Part shown: one piece after another, positions 61,817 to 64,000 of the stretch
Numbering within the stretch: the stretch's first letter is position 1
Layout: every line of letters starts with the position of its first letter
Assembly: GCF_024223415.1 (NCBI RefSeq)
Contig: NZ_CP100500.1
DNA: 64,000 nucleotides
Direction: 5' to 3' (one strand)
Origin: Escherichia coli
GTDB lineage: Bacteria > Pseudomonadota > Gammaproteobacteria > Enterobacterales > Enterobacteriaceae
Notes under the pieces: model-generated
Database searches by the model: none
Seen by the model: only the letters and a program-made list of their open reading frames with translations
Told to the model about the DNA's origin: nothing
Translations under genes and position numbers: made by a program

Positions 61817-63311
61817 TCTTTCACACATTATTGCCGCAGCATTCAATGAACCGCTGCTTCTGGAGCCCGCCTATGCGCGGGTTTTCTTTTGCGCGCTCGG
61901 GCGCGAGATGGGGGCAGCAAGTCTTTCGGTACCACAACAGCAGGTACAGCTTGATGCTCCCGGAATGCTGGCTGAAACGGACGAGTACATGGCCGGAGGT
62001 AAACGACCGGCCCGTGTTTACCGGGTGGTGAACGGTATTGCTGTACTGCCGGTGACCGGCATGCTGGTGCACCGGCTGGGTGGTATGCGGCCATTTTCCG
62101 GAATGACAGGCTATGACGGCATTGTCGCCTGTCTTCAGCAGGCAATGGCGGACACCGCTGTCCGGGGCGTACTGCTGGACATTGACAGTCCGGGCGGGCA
62201 GGTCGCAGGCGCGTTTGACTGCGCTGACATGATTTACCGCCTCCGTCAGCAGAAGCCGGTCTGGGCACTGTGCAATGACACGGCCTGTTCTGCAGCCATG
62301 CTGCTGGCGTCGGCCTGCTCCCGACGGCTGGTTACCCAGACATCCCGTATCGGCTCCATTGGCGTGATGATGAGCCATCTCAGCTATGCCGGTCATCTGG
62401 CGCAGGCCGGTGTGGATATCACGCTGATTTATGCCGGGGCGCACAAGGTGGATGGCAATCAGTTTGAAGCCTTACCGGAAGAGGTGCGTCAGGACATGCA
62501 GCAGCGCATTGATGCGGCACACCGGATGTTTGCCGAAAAAGTGGCGATGTATACCGGGCTGTCTGTGGATGTGGTCACGGGAACAGAGGCCGCCGTTTTT
62601 GAAGGTCAGTCCGGCATTGAGGCCGGGCTGGCGGATGAATTAGTCAATGCGTCGGATGCCATCAGTGTGATGACCACGGCGCTGTACACACATGATACAG
62701 GAGGCACTATGCCGCAATTAACTGCAACGGAAGCCGCCGCGCAGGAGAACCAGCGAGTGATGGGGATCCTGACGAGTAAGGAAGCGAAAGGACGTGAACA
62801 GCTTGCCACGATGCTGGCGGGACAACAGGGCATGAGCGTTGAACAGGCCCGGGAGATCCTGGCCGCGGCGGCACCACAGCAGCCGGTGGCATCCGCGCAG
62901 AGTGAAGCCGATCGCATTATGGCGTGTGAAGAGGCGAAAGGTCGTGAACAACTGGCGGCAACGCTGGCGGCGATGCCGGAGATGACGGTGGAAAAAGCCC
63001 GCCCGATCCTGGCAGCTTCACCGCAGGCGGATGCCGGACCATCACTCCGTGATCAGATCATGGCCCTGGATGAGGCAAAAGGGGCTGAGGCGCAGGCTGA
63101 ACAGCTGGCTGCCTGCCCGGGAATGACCGTGGAGAACGCCCGGGCTGTGCTGGCTGCGGGATCAGGTAAGGCAGAACCGGTCTCTGCATCCACAACCGCC
63201 ATGTTTGAACATTTCATGGCGAACCATTCACCGGCAGCGGTACAGGGTGGCGTGCCACAGACGTCAGCAGACGGTGATGCGGACGTGAAAATGCTCATGG
63301 CCATGCCATGA
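61806..63311 (+). CDS. Capsid maturation protease/scaffold (gpC-Nu3-like, ClpP fold) with C-terminal tandem repeats
   Basis: 501 aa; C-terminal region contains three imperfect ~38-aa repeats (EAKGREQLA...M.VE.AR.ILAA). Confidence 0.8.
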   Translation: MRRNLSHIIAAAFNEPLLLEPAYARVFFCALGREMGAASLSVPQQQVQLDAPGMLAETDEYMAGGKRPARVYRVVNGIAVLPVTGMLVHRLGGMRPFSGMTGYDGIVACLQQAMADTAVRGVLLDIDSPGGQVAGAFDCADMIYRLRQQKPVWALCNDTACSAAMLLASACSRRLVTQTSRIGSIGVMMSHLSYAGHLAQAGVDITLIYAGAHKVDGNQFEALPEEVRQDMQQRIDAAHRMFAEKVAMYTGLSVDVVTGTEAAVFEGQSGIEAGLADELVNASDAISVMTTALYTHDTGGTMPQLTATEAAAQENQRVMGILTSKEAKGREQLATMLAGQQGMSVEQAREILAAAAPQQPVASAQSEADRIMACEEAKGREQLAATLAAMPEMTVEKARPILAASPQADAGPSLRDQIMALDEAKGAEAQAEQLAACPGMTVENARAVLAAGSGKAEPVSASTTAMFEHFMANHSPAAVQGGVPQTSADGDADVKMLMAMP

Positions 63312-63347
63312 AGCCAGTGCTGACCATCAATAGGAGGTTTTTACAAT

Positions 63348-63695
63348 ATGGTAACGAAAACCATCACTGAACAGCGTGCGGAAGTACGTATTTTTGCCGG
63401 TAATGATCCGGCTCATACCGCCACAGGCAGCAGCGGGATTTCCTCGCCAACACCGGCACTGACGCCCCTGATGCTGGATGAAGCCACCGGGAAACTGGTG
63501 GTCTGGGACGGACAGAAAGCCGGTAGTGCGGTTGGCATACTGGTACTGCCGCTTGAAGGCACAGAGACGGTGCTGACGTATTACAAGTCGGGAACCTTTG
63601 CGACGGAGGCAATCCGCTGGCCTGACAGTGTGGATGAACACAAAAAGGCCAACGCCTTTGCCGGTAGTGCCCTGAGTCACGCGGCGCTGCCGTAA
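63348..63695 (+). CDS. Capsid decoration protein (gpD-like)
   Basis: 115 aa; resembles lambda D (DPAHTATG..., LTPLMLDEATGKLVVWDG..., YYKSGTF...). Confidence 0.88.
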   Translation: MVTKTITEQRAEVRIFAGNDPAHTATGSSGISSPTPALTPLMLDEATGKLVVWDGQKAGSAVGILVLPLEGTETVLTYYKSGTFATEAIRWPDSVDEHKKANAFAGSALSHAALP

Positions 63696-63752
63696 CACGT
63701 TATCAGGCCACCGCGGTGGCCTGACTGATTTCTGAATGAAAGGAACTGATTT

Positions 63753-64000
63753 ATGGGATTGTTTACGACCCGCCAGTTACTCGGTTATACCGAACAAAAA
63801 GTGAAATTTCGTGCGCTGTTTCTGGAGCTGTTTTTCCGTCGTACGGTGAATTTCCATACCGAAGAGGTGATGCTGGACAAAATTACCGGAAAAACGCCGG
63901 TGGCGGCCTATGTCTCCCCGGTTGTTGAAGGAAAAGTGCTGCGTCATCGTGGTGGTGAAACCCGCGTGTTGCGTCCGGGCTACGTCAAGCCGAAACACGA
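63753..64000 (+). CDS. Major capsid protein (gpE-like), N-terminal part, runs off window end
   Basis: From ATG 63753: MGLFTTRQLLGYTEQKVKFRALFLELFFRR...YVSPVVEGKVLRHRGGETRVLRPGYVKPKH resembles lambda E N-terminus. Confidence 0.8.
   Translation, partial: MGLFTTRQLLGYTEQKVKFRALFLELFFRRTVNFHTEEVMLDKITGKTPVAAYVSPVVEGKVLRHRGGETRVLRPGYVKPKH

Larger units (their letters stand above)
36672..64000. mobile_element. Lambdoid prophage (partial; continues beyond window end) inserted at the yecE 5' end
   Basis: Contiguous modules: int-xis, accessory operon, cI/cro, replication, Q, lysis, cos, terminase, portal, capsid. Confidence 0.9.

Overview
Enterobacterial (E. coli-type) chromosome carrying a lambdoid prophage. 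Positions 1-36.7 kb are conserved host genes: ftnA (partial), yecR, azuC, yecJ, ftnB, araFGH, otsBA, uspC, flhDC, motAB-cheAW, tar-tap-cheRBYZ, flhBAE, yecT, argS, yecM, cutC, torYZ, cmoBA, yecN, yecE. From about 36.7 kb to the window end is a prophage inserted at the 5' end of yecE: integrase, excisionase, a ~4 kb leftward operon of uncharacterised genes, CI-like repressor, Cro-like regulator, KilA-N antirepressor, Lar-like anti-restriction protein, O-like initiator with iterons, DnaC- and DnaB-like proteins, Q antiterminator, a porin pseudogene, a tRNA cluster, pinholin/SAR-endolysin/Rz/Rz1 lysis cassette, moron-like genes, a lambda-type cos site, and lambda-like terminase, W, portal, C, D and the start of E. 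No stx, CRISPR array or IS transposase was seen. The best candidate for an undescribed system is the leftward operon between xis and cI (38.3-42.3 kb), which contains an SPFH/band-7 lipoprotein translationally coupled to a small membrane protein, a second coupled gene pair, and a C-terminal-HTH protein in the position lambda uses for rexAB. Other points of note are an apparent 1-bp frameshift in flhC, a nonsense mutation in the prophage porin, and a TonB C-terminal-domain lipoprotein between the lysis genes and cos. All identifications rest on reading the translations and recalled family knowledge; no searches were run.
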